Below, piece after piece: positions 53,512 through 63,579 of a stretch of 64,000 bases of DNA. The DNA is taken from positions 38,637 through 102,636 of the forward strand of contig JBOHUG010000114.1 of NCBI GenBank assembly GCA_050734135.1. The letters are read 5' to 3'. The number at the start of each line of letters is the position of its first letter. The first letter of the stretch is position 1. The notes below the pieces were generated by a model. It had not been told where the DNA came from. It was given only the letters and a program-made list of their open reading frames with translations, and made no database searches. This DNA is from Candidatus Dormibacteria bacterium (lineage in GTDB: Bacteria; Chloroflexota; Dormibacteria; Aeolococcales; Bog-877). The position numbers and the translations under genes were made by a program.

Positions 53512-54068
53512 GCCAGGACGATCGCTGCGAGTCGCCCGAGGTTAGCGGGCATTGGCGAGTAGCCCTGCTCACCGTCAGCGATGAAGGTGCGGCGGGGCGG
53601 CGCCAAGACACCAGTGGCGACTGGCTCGCCCGGCGCCTTTGCGAGCTGCCCGGAGATCTCATCGTCCGCCAGATTTTGCCGGACGAACCGGTGCAGGTCA
53701 CTGAGTGGTTGCGCCGGTCGATGGCGGAGCTACGTCCCGCGCTGATCGTCTGTACCGGAGGTACCGGTCTCCATCCCCGGGACCGTACCCCGGAGGCGGT
53801 TCGAGCGGTCGGCGACTTTGAAGTTCCCGGCTTCGCCGAGGCGATGCGGTCGGCAGGGCTGACCCAGACCCCCCACGCCATGCTCTCCCGACAGGTGGCG
53901 GTCGTGAGCGGACAGTCCCTGGTGCTCGCGCTACCGGGCGCTCTCAAGGCGACCAAGGAGAGCTTGGAGGCGGTCTGGGCCGCCCTGCCCCATGCGTTGG
54001 AGATGATCGCCGGTCTTCCCCAGGCAAGTACCCCGGCCGGCCACCGGAGCGGGGCCCCCTCCGGCTGA
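53508..54068 (+). CDS. Molybdenum cofactor biosynthesis protein MoaB/MogA family
   Basis: VSDEGAAGRRQDTSGDWL and CTGGTGLHPRDRTPEA motifs of the MogA/MoaB fold. Confidence 0.7.
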   Translation: MSQDDRCESPEVSGHWRVALLTVSDEGAAGRRQDTSGDWLARRLCELPGDLIVRQILPDEPVQVTEWLRRSMAELRPALIVCTGGTGLHPRDRTPEAVRAVGDFEVPGFAEAMRSAGLTQTPHAMLSRQVAVVSGQSLVLALPGALKATKESLEAVWAALPHALEMIAGLPQASTPAGHRSGAPSG

Positions 54069-54095
54069 GCTCCCGCCGCCACCTACACTCTGGAG

Positions 54096-54794
54096 GTGGT
54101 GCTCCGGGGCGTGGTGTTCGACCTCTTCGGCACCTTGGTCGAGGGCTGGGGGCAAGAGACGGCCGCCCGCAAATCGGACGAGATCGCAGCCATCCTGGGC
54201 GCACCCGCAGCCGCCTACCGGAAGCTAATGGAGGCCACCTACACCCTCCGAGCCAATGGCCAGATGGGTGACCCGGCAGAGATGATGCGTCGCCTCAGCG
54301 TGATGGTCGGGGTGTCTCCTACCGAGGCCGCGATCGGGCGCGCCGCCGACCATCGGGTCGCCCAGTTTCGGGAAGTCCTGTGGGAGCCGCGCCGGGGAGT
54401 CCGGTCCCTCTTGGAGGAGTTGCGGCGCCGCCACTTTCAACTCGGTCTCATCAGCGACTGCTCGGGCGAGACCCCAGCCCTCTGGCGGGAGCTGCCGTGG
54501 ACCCAACCGATCCAGGCGGCGGTCTTCTCCTGGCAGGAGGGGGTTCGCAAGCCTGAACCGGCCCTGTACCGCAAGGTCGCCGAGCTGCTGCGGCTCGCGC
54601 CTGACGAATGCCTCTATGTGGGCGACGGGGGCAGCCAGGAGCTCTCCGGGGCGGAGCGAGCCGGTATGCGTGCCTACCAGCTGCGCTCCCCTCGCCCGGA
54701 TGGAGACCGGATACTGCAGTACGACCCCGATCCCGACTGGAGCGGACCGTCGATCTCCACCCTCTCGGAAGTCCTCCCCCTCCTCCCCGGCTGA
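54096..54794 (+). CDS. HAD-superfamily hydrolase
   Basis: VVFDLFGTLV motif I, S-D-C motif II region, K...GDGGSQEL motif III/IV. Confidence 0.65.
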   Translation: MVLRGVVFDLFGTLVEGWGQETAARKSDEIAAILGAPAAAYRKLMEATYTLRANGQMGDPAEMMRRLSVMVGVSPTEAAIGRAADHRVAQFREVLWEPRRGVRSLLEELRRRHFQLGLISDCSGETPALWRELPWTQPIQAAVFSWQEGVRKPEPALYRKVAELLRLAPDECLYVGDGGSQELSGAERAGMRAYQLRSPRPDGDRILQYDPDPDWSGPSISTLSEVLPLLPG

Positions 54795-54860
54795 TCTGGG
54801 GGTCGGCCTGCTCGCTATGCTCCCTCGGGGGGCGTGGCCAATTCGCGAATGCGGGGAGAC

Positions 54861-56327
54861 ATGCCTGTGGCTCAAGCCGGATCTCAGCGCAAAATAGTCA
54901 CACTGATCCCCGGGGACGGGATCGGGCCCGAAGTCGTTCGGGCCACCCAGGCGGTGATCGAGGCGAGTGGCGCGCTGATCGAGTGGGAGGAGCATCCCGC
55001 CGGTGCCAGCATCTTCCTGGAGGGACTGCCCTCCGGGGTGCCCAAAGAGACCGTGGAATCAGCGCGCCGCACCGGCGTCGTCCTCAAGGGGCCGCTGGAA
55101 ACACCGGTGGGCTTCGGCGAGAAGAGTGCCAACGTGACCCTGCGCAAGCTCTTCGAAACCTACGCCAACATCCGCCCGGTGCGGGAGCTGCCGGGAGTGG
55201 CCACCCCGTACACCGGCCGCGGGGTAGATCTGGTGGTAATGCGCGAAAACGTTGAGGACCTCTACGCAGGGATCGAGTACATGCAGACTCCCGGCGTGGC
55301 CGAAACCCTGAAGCTCATTTCCCGCAAAGGCTGCGAGAAAATCGTCCGCATGGGCTTCGAGTTTGCGCGCTCAGAGGGCCGCCACACGGTGCACTGCGCC
55401 ACCAAGTCCAACATCATGAAATTCAGCGAGGGCCTGCTGAAGCGCACCTTTGAAGAGATCGCGCCGGAATACCCGGACATCGAGTCGTACCACATCATCA
55501 TCGATAACTGTGCGCACCAGCTAGTAAAGCGACCCGAACAGTTCGACGTCATCGTCACCACCAACATGAATGGCGACATCATCAGCGACCTAAGCTCCGC
55601 GTTGGTGGGCGGACTGGGATTCGCTGCCTCGGCAAACATTGGCAACGAGGTGGCCATCTTCGAGGCGGTGCACGGTTCGGCTCCGAAATATGCGGGAAAA
55701 AATGTCATCAATCCCACTGCCTTGATCCTCACCGGCGTCATGATGCTGCGGCACCTTGGCGAGCTCGCCGCAGCCGAGAACGTCGAGCACGCGGTCCTGC
55801 TCACCCTCGAGTCGGGAGTCAAGACCCAGGACATCGCGGGCGGCGGCCCGGCGGCTTCCACCACCGCCTACACCGAGGCGATCATTGCTCACCTCGGCGA
55901 GCGCTCTGCGAACTGGTCGGTGCGAGAACACCACACGCTCCAGCTTCCCAAGGTCTCCAGCGAGTATGCGCTAGTGCATGTTCAGGACCGCCACGACATA
56001 GGTCTAGACATCTTCATCGAGTCGGACCTTTCGCCTATCGAACTGGGACACAGCCTGGAGGCGGCCACCGATGACACCGCGCTTCGGCTCGCGACAATCA
56101 GCAACCGCGGCACCCAGGTGTATCCCGCCACCGGAGGGGCTACCACCGACTGCATCGACCACTGGCCCTGCCGTTTTCTCCTCCGCGATTTGGCCGCTGA
56201 CCTGCAGGATGCTGATGTGTTCGCGCTACTGCAACGCGTTTCCCAGGAACACCGCTGGGTCCACATCGAGCGGCTGCCCGTCTTCGACGGAGAGCCGGGC
56301 TTCACCAAAGCTCAGGGCGAGGACTGA
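54861..56327 (+). CDS. Isocitrate/isopropylmalate dehydrogenase-family enzyme (isocitrate dehydrogenase-like) with ~140-aa C-terminal extension
   Basis: IVTLIPGDGIGPEV N-terminus, MRENVEDLYAGIE, NMNGDIISDLSSALVGGLG motifs. The canonical domain ends near residue 340 and the ORF continues to 488 aa. The ATG at 54861 has a GGGGAG RBS. Confidence 0.75.
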   Translation: MPVAQAGSQRKIVTLIPGDGIGPEVVRATQAVIEASGALIEWEEHPAGASIFLEGLPSGVPKETVESARRTGVVLKGPLETPVGFGEKSANVTLRKLFETYANIRPVRELPGVATPYTGRGVDLVVMRENVEDLYAGIEYMQTPGVAETLKLISRKGCEKIVRMGFEFARSEGRHTVHCATKSNIMKFSEGLLKRTFEEIAPEYPDIESYHIIIDNCAHQLVKRPEQFDVIVTTNMNGDIISDLSSALVGGLGFAASANIGNEVAIFEAVHGSAPKYAGKNVINPTALILTGVMMLRHLGELAAAENVEHAVLLTLESGVKTQDIAGGGPAASTTAYTEAIIAHLGERSANWSVREHHTLQLPKVSSEYALVHVQDRHDIGLDIFIESDLSPIELGHSLEAATDDTALRLATISNRGTQVYPATGGATTDCIDHWPCRFLLRDLAADLQDADVFALLQRVSQEHRWVHIERLPVFDGEPGFTKAQGED

Positions 56328-56364
56328 CGCACCCCGAACCTGCTCCTGCCGGGTGGGGCCGCGA

Positions 56365-56817
56365 CTAGCCTGTGGCTGCCAAGACGGCGGAAGCGTGCCC
56401 GGCTGGTTTGACTGCTTCCCACACCTGCTCGACCCGGCCATCCGAACCAATCAGGAAAGTTGTGCGACTGATACCCCCAGTGGATTGAGTCTCGCTCGAC
56501 TTCCAGACGCCAAAGAGCTCGGCGACATGGTGGTCGGGATCAGCCAGCAGGGGCAAGTCGGGCGCGCCGCAGGACGCGGCGAATTCGGCCTTGGCTTGGA
56601 CCTCCCCGACCGAGCAGCCGAAGACCCGGATGTGGTGCTGCCCGAAGGCTGGCAGGGCGCGGCCGAACTCCCCAGTCTCGATGGTGCACCCCGGCGTGTT
56701 GTCCTTGGGGTAGAAGTAGATGACCCAGCGCTGCCCGCGCAGATTGTCAGTGTCGACGACCTCTCCGGTACCGGCGGTGAGGGTGAAGCGTGTAATCGGA
56801 TCACCGGGCTTCAGCAT
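56365..56817 (-). CDS. bcp: Peroxiredoxin (Bcp-type thiol peroxidase)
   Basis: YFYPKDNTPGCT peroxidatic Cys motif; 150 aa. Confidence 0.8.
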   Translation of the reverse strand: MLKPGDPITRFTLTAGTGEVVDTDNLRGQRWVIYFYPKDNTPGCTIETGEFGRALPAFGQHHIRVFGCSVGEVQAKAEFAASCGAPDLPLLADPDHHVAELFGVWKSSETQSTGGISRTTFLIGSDGRVEQVWEAVKPAGHASAVLAATG

Positions 56818-56870
56818 GGCATTCTCCTCATATCGATGGCTTTTCGGGCGGACCCTTACCCAGTTTTAAC

Positions 56871-58667
56871 TCAGTTCGTTAGTAACTGTCGTGCCTGCAG
56901 GGCGACGCTCAGCACGACCCTGGTTTCCGCGTCGTCCAGCGACGCCTTCAGCAGATCCTCGATGCGCTGCACCCGGTAGGCAAGGGTGTTGATGTGCACC
57001 TGCAGCTGGCGGCCCGCCGCCCGCTGATTCCACCCCTCGGCGACCAGCGCCTCCAGGGTGGGTAGCAGTGGAGTCCGATGGCGCTGAGCGTAAGTGAGTA
57101 CAGGGCCCAGGGTCTCGTCCACGAAGCGGCGAAGGACGTCCGGGTCGCGTACCTCCAGCAGTAGGCGAAGGGCCCCAAGAGAGCGATAGGACGTGACCTG
57201 GCCGGACCCTCCGGCGCGACGGGAGAGCCGAAGCGCCTGGCGGGCTTCCTCGTGGGCTCGGGCCAGTTCCCGCGCCGAGGTCGCCAGATTGCCCATACCC
57301 ACCGAGAAGCTGAGCCGGCGCCCCAGCCCCTGGACCAGCGCCAGGACCGCCCGGGAGAACTCCTCAAGCTCCGCCTGCGAAGGTAGGGCCGAACCGTTCT
57401 TCTGGGACGCGACCGGCGCCGGAATGAGAAGCGCTGAGTAGGTGGCCCGGGCCACCACCAGCGATCCGGGAAAGCGGCGTCTCGTCAGCTCCTGGAGATC
57501 CCGCTGGAGCCGCTCCTGGAGCGGTTGGTTCTGGAACTGGCTCAGAGTGCGCTCGTCGTCAGGCTCTAGAACGAGTACAAAGGCTTGCTCAGGAATACGG
57601 TACCCGAGCCGCTCCGCTCGGACCGCCAAGCGAGCAGTGTCGTCCGGGTTCTGCCCCGGGGTGAGCAGCCCTTCGAGAAGGTCACCGCGAAGCCGTCTCT
57701 CCACCTCGGCGGCGGCCCGCTCCTTGAGCAGTTCGAGCGCCACCACGGTCGCCCCGTGCTCCAGCGCCCGCCGCTTTCCCGGCCCGGCGCCGGCGGGGGT
57801 CCCTTCGACAGCCAGCACCGCCACCAGCTCATCGCCAGCGCGCACCGGGGTGAGGATGAGGTCCAGCCGGGGCCGGGTCAGACTGATGCCGAGCGGAGCC
57901 GACGAGATGGGGCCCGTGAGTGATGGAGGAATCAGGAGCCGGCGCGCTGCCAGGCCGGGGCCGGCACCATGTTCCAGGTGGAAACCGAGCGGGTCGTAGA
58001 GCCCCACCGCGCCGCCGGCCAGGCTTGCGATGGCATCCAGAATCTTCGGCAGACCAGCACCGGAGAGCGCCAGATCGGTGAAGCGTTCGTGCACGGTCTG
58101 GGAGAGCTGAATCTCGACCAGCTGCAGCTCCAGCCGATGCTGCAGTTCGCTTCGCTCCAGCACTCCCGCCAAGGCGCCGGCGATCGCGGAGAGGACCGCC
58201 AGTTCATCCGGTCGGAACTCCCTGCGGTCGACGGTCTGAACGTTGAGGACCCCGACCATGCGCGGGCCGGCCAGGATCGGCACGGAGAGCATCGAGGTGA
58301 ACCGCTCCTCGTCTAGGCCCTCGACCCACTGGAAGTGGGGATCGGTGGTCACGTCGGCTACCGCGAGCGGCGCCCGAGCGGCTGCCACCGCTCCGGTTAT
58401 CCCCTCCCCGGGGGCCAGGACGACTCGGCCGACAGCCGCCTGGTTGAGCCCGTTGGTGGCGGTCAGCACCAATCCCGCGCGGGGCTGGTCGTACAGATAG
58501 AGTGCGCAGACATCCGCCTCCAGGACGCCGGTGGTCTCGCGCAGTACCAAGGACAGGAGCTCGTCACGCTCCATGGTCGACGCGGCTTCCACAGCCAGCT
58601 TTTGCAAGTAGAGGAGTTCTCTGAGCTCCCGCTCGCGGGCAGCTCCGGAGCGGGCGACCGGGGCCAC
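56871..58667 (-). CDS. GAF-domain PucR/CdaR-family transcriptional regulator
   Basis: N-terminal GAF and C-terminal PucR HTH (GWNQRAAGRQLQVHINTLAYRVQRIEDLL). Confidence 0.75.
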   Translation of the reverse strand: MAPVARSGAARERELRELLYLQKLAVEAASTMERDELLSLVLRETTGVLEADVCALYLYDQPRAGLVLTATNGLNQAAVGRVVLAPGEGITGAVAAARAPLAVADVTTDPHFQWVEGLDEERFTSMLSVPILAGPRMVGVLNVQTVDRREFRPDELAVLSAIAGALAGVLERSELQHRLELQLVEIQLSQTVHERFTDLALSGAGLPKILDAIASLAGGAVGLYDPLGFHLEHGAGPGLAARRLLIPPSLTGPISSAPLGISLTRPRLDLILTPVRAGDELVAVLAVEGTPAGAGPGKRRALEHGATVVALELLKERAAAEVERRLRGDLLEGLLTPGQNPDDTARLAVRAERLGYRIPEQAFVLVLEPDDERTLSQFQNQPLQERLQRDLQELTRRRFPGSLVVARATYSALLIPAPVASQKNGSALPSQAELEEFSRAVLALVQGLGRRLSFSVGMGNLATSARELARAHEEARQALRLSRRAGGSGQVTSYRSLGALRLLLEVRDPDVLRRFVDETLGPVLTYAQRHRTPLLPTLEALVAEGWNQRAAGRQLQVHINTLAYRVQRIEDLLKASLDDAETRVVLSVALQARQLLTN

Positions 58668-58668
58668 G

Positions 58669-59190
58669 TCAGCGGCCTCCGGAGGCCTCAGATCCGGCGC
58701 CGGGTCGGCGGATAGCTCCGGAGCGACCTCCCTGCTTGGCCAGCAGGACCACGGGGCCGATCTCGGCCCAAGGATCCAGGCTCTTGACCATGTCGATAAC
58801 GGTCAAGGCGGCCACGCTGACGGCTGTCAGCGCCTCCATCTCGACGCCGGTGGTGCCCTGGCACCGGACTGTCGCCCGCAGCCGAACGCGGTCAGGGTCC
58901 CGGGCGAGCTCGGCATCGACAGCGACGTGGGTGAGCGTCAACGGGTGGCAGAGTGGGATCAGCGTGGGAGTGTGCTTGGCGCCCATGATGCCCGCCAGCC
59001 GGGCCACCTCCAGGACGTCCCCCTTGTTGACGGTCCCGTCGGAGATAGCCGCCCAGGCGGCCTGGTTCAGCCGGACCTCGCCCTCAGCCGTCGCCTCGCG
59101 CGCCGTGCTGGGCCGGTCGCCGACGTCGACCATCCGGGCCTTGCCCCGTTCGTCAAGATGACTCAGCGAGGGGGTGTCTTCCTTCGTCAT
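58669..59190 (-). CDS. moaC: Cyclic pyranopterin monophosphate synthase accessory protein
   Basis: [46 protein letters not shown] motifs of MoaC. Confidence 0.85.
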   Translation of the reverse strand: MTKEDTPSLSHLDERGKARMVDVGDRPSTAREATAEGEVRLNQAAWAAISDGTVNKGDVLEVARLAGIMGAKHTPTLIPLCHPLTLTHVAVDAELARDPDRVRLRATVRCQGTTGVEMEALTAVSVAALTVIDMVKSLDPWAEIGPVVLLAKQGGRSGAIRRPGAGSEASGGR

Positions 59191-59816
59191 GAGCTCGCGG
59201 CGCAGGCGTTCACGCCTTTGGCCACGGTCCCCCCGCCGAAGCTAACCCCCACGATGAGGTCGTTGGGACGGGCAGCTTCACAGGAGAAAATAAGAGTCCG
59301 GTCAACATCGATCAGCGCCAGCGAGAACGAGGGGTGGAATCCCCTGGCGAGCAATTGTGGGATCAATGAGGGCAGGGACATTTGGCCGATCGCCAGTCCA
59401 GAGAACTTGAGCTTGATCGTGGGCTGGCCGAGCCCTCCGAAGACGACCGGGCCGCTGATCACCAGGGGCCGGTTGAGAATGGTCGTCTCCCCGCTCACCA
59501 GCACCTGTCCTTGCAACACGTGCACCTCGAGCTCAGAAAGGCCGTCATAGGTGCTCAGGCTGTCCGCCAGCAACCCGGTCGCCTCGGCGTCGGTGAGGTG
59601 CACCAGAGCCACCGGCTGGCCGTTGGTGAGGGCTGAGGCAACCGCCTGGGCCGCGCTCAATTGCAGCGCCGAGGCGGGTGCCGGAGTGACCGGGGGATAG
59701 TCGGGAGGGGTGGTCCAAAGGTGGACCGCGAAAACCACCAGGGCGACCACCACGACGACCGGCAGAAGGCAGCCCAGGCAATTCAGAGTGCAGCCGCGCC
59801 GAACTACACCGAACAC
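59187..59816 (-). CDS. Hypothetical membrane-anchored protein
   Basis: 209 aa; N-terminal TM ([15 protein letters not shown]) and an extracytoplasmic domain. Overlaps moaC by 4 nt. Confidence 0.4.
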   Translation of the reverse strand: MFGVVRRGCTLNCLGCLLPVVVVVALVVFAVHLWTTPPDYPPVTPAPASALQLSAAQAVASALTNGQPVALVHLTDAEATGLLADSLSTYDGLSELEVHVLQGQVLVSGETTILNRPLVISGPVVFGGLGQPTIKLKFSGLAIGQMSLPSLIPQLLARGFHPSFSLALIDVDRTLIFSCEAARPNDLIVGVSFGGGTVAKGVNACAASS

Positions 59817-59817
59817 G

Positions 59818-60390
59818 TCAGCTGGCCACTCGCTGGCGAGCTCGCCAGGCCGCCAACGCCCGGCGGTGAGAGGAGAACACCAGCGGGGGGACCTGCTCGG
59901 GATCGAAGCAGCTCAACTCGGGCGCCTCTGCGGTAGGACGGGGCTCCCCCGCGGTCAACCGCCCGCGGTAGGCCAGCACGACCAGGCCCCCCTCCCCGGT
60001 GACCACATGGAAGACCCCAGCGAGGTCATCGACCGCGGCCTGGCAGCCGGTCTCCTCCAGGCATTCCCGCGCCGCCCCGAAAGCAGGATCCTCGACGTCG
60101 TCGACATAGCCCCCCGGAAAGGCCCAGCCGCCCTGGCCGGGGGAGAGCCCTCGGCGGATCACCAAGAGCCGGCCCTCGGCGTCACTGGCCAGGAGGGCGG
60201 TGGCCACCTTCGGTCCCCGCCAGGCCACAAAGTCACAATCTGGGCAGGCTGGCAGATCGTGTCCCTCTATGCGGCGCGCTTCCAGGGCCGAGCCGCAGCT
60301 CGGACAGAAGCGGAACTGGACCTTCATTGGTCCCGCCGAGGCCCGGTCATCGCTGCCACCTCCTGCCGACCAGGTTCCGCCGCTGGCCAC
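59818..60390 (-). CDS. NUDIX hydrolase with N-terminal zinc ribbon (NudC-like)
   Basis: CPSCG...CPDC ribbon, then Nudix box GGWAFPGGYVDDVEDPAFGAARECLEETG. Confidence 0.7.
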   Translation of the reverse strand: MASGGTWSAGGGSDDRASAGPMKVQFRFCPSCGSALEARRIEGHDLPACPDCDFVAWRGPKVATALLASDAEGRLLVIRRGLSPGQGGWAFPGGYVDDVEDPAFGAARECLEETGCQAAVDDLAGVFHVVTGEGGLVVLAYRGRLTAGEPRPTAEAPELSCFDPEQVPPLVFSSHRRALAAWRARQRVAS

Positions 60391-60470
60391 GCGCCTAATT
60401 GCGCGGCGCGGCGGGAACCGTCTCTCAGGCCCTCAGATGATACGTGCCCAGCTGCCGAACTCCGAAGCGG

Positions 60471-61706
60471 CTAAGAGTCGGTGAGGCGGCGCAAGTGGTC
60501 CTGATTCCAGTCCAACGGGTCGTCCAGGGACCCCGTGCCCCGGGAGATCGCCCGACCCCCGAAGCGGCTACGGAGTCCGTCCAGCGCCAGGTCCAACCGC
60601 TCCCCACGGCTGCCGGCGGGCTCGAACAGACTCAGCTGGCGGGCGTCCCTCAGCCCCTCGGCCCCAACCCCCAAAAGCCGCACCGCCTGACCGTCGCTCC
60701 AGTTCTCCGAGAAGAGGACTAGAGCAGCTGCCTGGAGCACCTGGTCGGCGTAGGTAGGCTCCGGCAATTGGCGTCGCCTGGTCACCGTTTCGAAGTTCGA
60801 GAAGCGCATTTTGATGGCCACTCCCTGGGCAATCAGGGATGCGGCCCGGAGTCGCTTGCCAACTCCTGCCGCCAGCACCGCGATCCGGGCATCAAGATCC
60901 TTGCGGGCGGTGAGATCACTTGCGTAGGTCTCCTCGCGGCTCACGGATTTAGGGATCACGGGCAAGGTGACCGGGGACGGGTCCACCCCACATGCCCGCT
61001 GTTGAAGGGCACCCGAGTTCGGTCCCAGCGTCTCCTGGAGCAAGGTGGGGGAGAACTTGCCAAGCTGGCCCAGGGTGTCGATCCCCAGTAGACGGAGCTT
61101 GGCGGTGGTCTTGGGCCCAGCTCCGGGAAGCCGCTCCACCGCCAGCGGGGCTAGGAACTGCGCCTCCTGACCCGGAGGCACGACCACCAGTCCCCGCGGT
61201 TTGCGCAGATCTGACGCCACCTTGGCCACCACTTTGGTGGTGGCCACCCCCACCGAGCATGGCAGCCTGAGCTCGGTCTCGAGGCGGAGGGCGATGTCTT
61301 CGGCTGCAGCCTTGCCGCCCCCCCTCAGGGACTCGGTGCCGGTGAGGTCCAGATACGCCTCATCCAGTGACCCCGGCTCGATAAGGGGGGTGTACTCGGC
61401 GAAGATCGAGAAGACCTGCAGGGAGATCCGCGCGTACTCGGCGATGTCGACTGGCAGGACCACCAGCTCGGGGCAGAGTTGCAGGGCCCGGCCAAGCGGC
61501 AGAGCGGAGCGAACCCCGAAGCGACGGGCTTCGTACGAGGCCGCCGCGACCACGCCACGGCCGGGATCCCTCCTTTCACCGGGGTGCGATTCGTGGCCGC
61601 CCCCCACCACCACCGGCAGTCCGGTCAGGTGCGATCGGCGGAGCAGTTCGCAGGAGACGAAGAATGCGTCCAAGTCCACGTGCAGGATCGTTCGCGTTCT
61701 CGCCAT
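60471..61706 (-). CDS. dinB: DNA polymerase IV
   Basis: ILHVDLDAFFVSCE catalytic motif, SLDEAYLD, and the typical Y-family little-finger region. Confidence 0.85.
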   Translation of the reverse strand: MARTRTILHVDLDAFFVSCELLRRSHLTGLPVVVGGGHESHPGERRDPGRGVVAAASYEARRFGVRSALPLGRALQLCPELVVLPVDIAEYARISLQVFSIFAEYTPLIEPGSLDEAYLDLTGTESLRGGGKAAAEDIALRLETELRLPCSVGVATTKVVAKVASDLRKPRGLVVVPPGQEAQFLAPLAVERLPGAGPKTTAKLRLLGIDTLGQLGKFSPTLLQETLGPNSGALQQRACGVDPSPVTLPVIPKSVSREETYASDLTARKDLDARIAVLAAGVGKRLRAASLIAQGVAIKMRFSNFETVTRRRQLPEPTYADQVLQAAALVLFSENWSDGQAVRLLGVGAEGLRDARQLSLFEPAGSRGERLDLALDGLRSRFGGRAISRGTGSLDDPLDWNQDHLRRLTDS

Positions 61707-61723
61707 CCGCGCCGACCCCGGGG

Positions 61724-63520
61724 TCAGGCCCCCCCGGGAAAGGTCCGAGCCGCCAGCGCCGCGATCGGCTCCATCTGCGCCGCGACCCAGTCGCGTTCCT
61801 CCTGGCGCAGAGCGGCGAGCTCCTTCTGCACCTCGGCCAGGATGGCGGACCGCGCTACTGTCCGGGGCTCGCCTAGGCGCCTTTTGAACTCGGCCCCCTC
61901 CGCCTGCACGCTGCGGGGAGAGATCGTGACCCGGAGGGGAATCCCACGCAGGTCAGCGTCGGCGAACTTCACTCCGGGGCTGACGTCCCGGTCGTCGAAC
62001 AGGACTTCGATGCCGGAAGCGAGCAGCTCTTGGTAGGCGGCCTCTGCGAGCTGAGTCACCGGCTCGTCCCGGCCTACTGAGACCAGCGCCACCTCGTACG
62101 GGGCAACCTCGAGCGGAAGGGTGAGGCCCCGGCCGTCGTGATGTGCTTCGGCCACGCAGGACAGCAGCCGGCCCAGGCCGATCCCGTACGAGCCCATGAC
62201 CACCGGAAGCTGCTGGCCGGCCTCGTCGTTGTAGAGAGCCCCCATCGCCACGCTGTACTGGGTACCGAGCTGGAAGATGTTGCCGTACTCGATGCCCCGC
62301 CGGAGCTGCAACGGGGAGCCGCAATTGCCGCAGGCGTCTCCGGTGCCGGCCGCGGCCACCCGGGCCACCGAGTAGGCCTGACAGTCGCGAGCCAAATTGA
62401 AGTTGCGCACGTGCCATCCTTGGCGGTTGGCTCCGGTCACCAGGTTGCGCCGGCGGGTGATCGCCTCGTCGGCCACCACGATCGCGGCCTGGCCCCCGAG
62501 TCCCCGCGGGGACAGGTACCCGGGCACTCCCCCCGCCCGCTCCAGCTCCTCGGCGGTCGCCGGCCGGAGGTCGATGGCGCCCGTGGCGTTGCGCAGCTGG
62601 GCCAGATTGACCTCTGAAGGCCCCGGTAACAGGGCCAGCACCAAGCGGGGCGGCTGGCCCCTCTCGAGCTCGGCCGTGAAGGCGACCGACTTGGCGATCC
62701 GGGCCGGATCAACCTGGAGGAAGGCCGAGACCTCGGCGACGGTTGCAGCTCCCGGCGTCTCCACCTCCTCGAGCTCCTTCTCGGGCTCGGTCTCGGGCGC
62801 CGAAAGAACGGTCTCCGCGACCTCCTGGTTGGCGGCGTAGCCGCAGCTGTCACAGAACACCAGAGTGTCCTCGCCAAACTCGGTGAGGTACATGAACTCG
62901 TGGGCCAGGTGGCCACCGTGGACCCCGACATCGCTCAGCACCGCGACCACCGGGACGCCCGCCCGGGCCGCGATCTTGAAGTAAGCGTGGAAGTGGGCGA
63001 TGTAGGCGCGTTCCAACCCGGCCTGATCTCGATCGAGAGAGTAGGAGTCCTTCATCGTGAACTCCCTGGTGCGCAGCAAGCCACCCCTGGCCCGTGGTTC
63101 GTCCCGGAACTTGGTCTGGAGGTGGTAGACGATCCGGGGCAGGTCCCGATATGAGCTGACGTTCGAGGCGGTCAGATCGGCGACCACCTCCTCGTGGGAG
63201 AGCGCCAGCGCCATGTCCCGTCCGCGCCGATCCTGAAAGCGCAGCAGAACCTGATCTATGTGATCCCAGCGTCCACTCTTCTTCCACAGGTCGCCGGGGT
63301 GGACGACCGGCATCGAGAGCTCCTGGGCCCCGAGGGCGCTCATCTCCTCGCGGAGAATCCGGCGCAACTTCTGCTCGGTGCGCCACCCCATCGGCAGGTA
63401 GCTGAAGATGCCAGTTGCCAATTGCTGGACGAATCCCGCGCGCAGCAGCAGCTGGTGGGAGATCAACTCCTCGGTCGGGGCACTGCGCCGGGTGGCGCCG
63501 AAAAGGCCGCTAACTCGCAT
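61724..63520 (-). CDS. proS: Proline--tRNA ligase (bacterial type with editing INS domain)
   Basis: Class II aaRS motifs and the ProRS N-terminus (HQLLLRAGFVQQLATGIFSYLPMGWR); 598 aa. Confidence 0.85.
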   Translation of the reverse strand: MRVSGLFGATRRSAPTEELISHQLLLRAGFVQQLATGIFSYLPMGWRTEQKLRRILREEMSALGAQELSMPVVHPGDLWKKSGRWDHIDQVLLRFQDRRGRDMALALSHEEVVADLTASNVSSYRDLPRIVYHLQTKFRDEPRARGGLLRTREFTMKDSYSLDRDQAGLERAYIAHFHAYFKIAARAGVPVVAVLSDVGVHGGHLAHEFMYLTEFGEDTLVFCDSCGYAANQEVAETVLSAPETEPEKELEEVETPGAATVAEVSAFLQVDPARIAKSVAFTAELERGQPPRLVLALLPGPSEVNLAQLRNATGAIDLRPATAEELERAGGVPGYLSPRGLGGQAAIVVADEAITRRRNLVTGANRQGWHVRNFNLARDCQAYSVARVAAAGTGDACGNCGSPLQLRRGIEYGNIFQLGTQYSVAMGALYNDEAGQQLPVVMGSYGIGLGRLLSCVAEAHHDGRGLTLPLEVAPYEVALVSVGRDEPVTQLAEAAYQELLASGIEVLFDDRDVSPGVKFADADLRGIPLRVTISPRSVQAEGAEFKRRLGEPRTVARSAILAEVQKELAALRQEERDWVAAQMEPIAALAARTFPGGA

Positions 63521-63579
63521 CGCTCAAGTGTACGAACGACTCTCTCCGCCTCTGACGTGGCCCTGGTCCGGAGGCCCGC

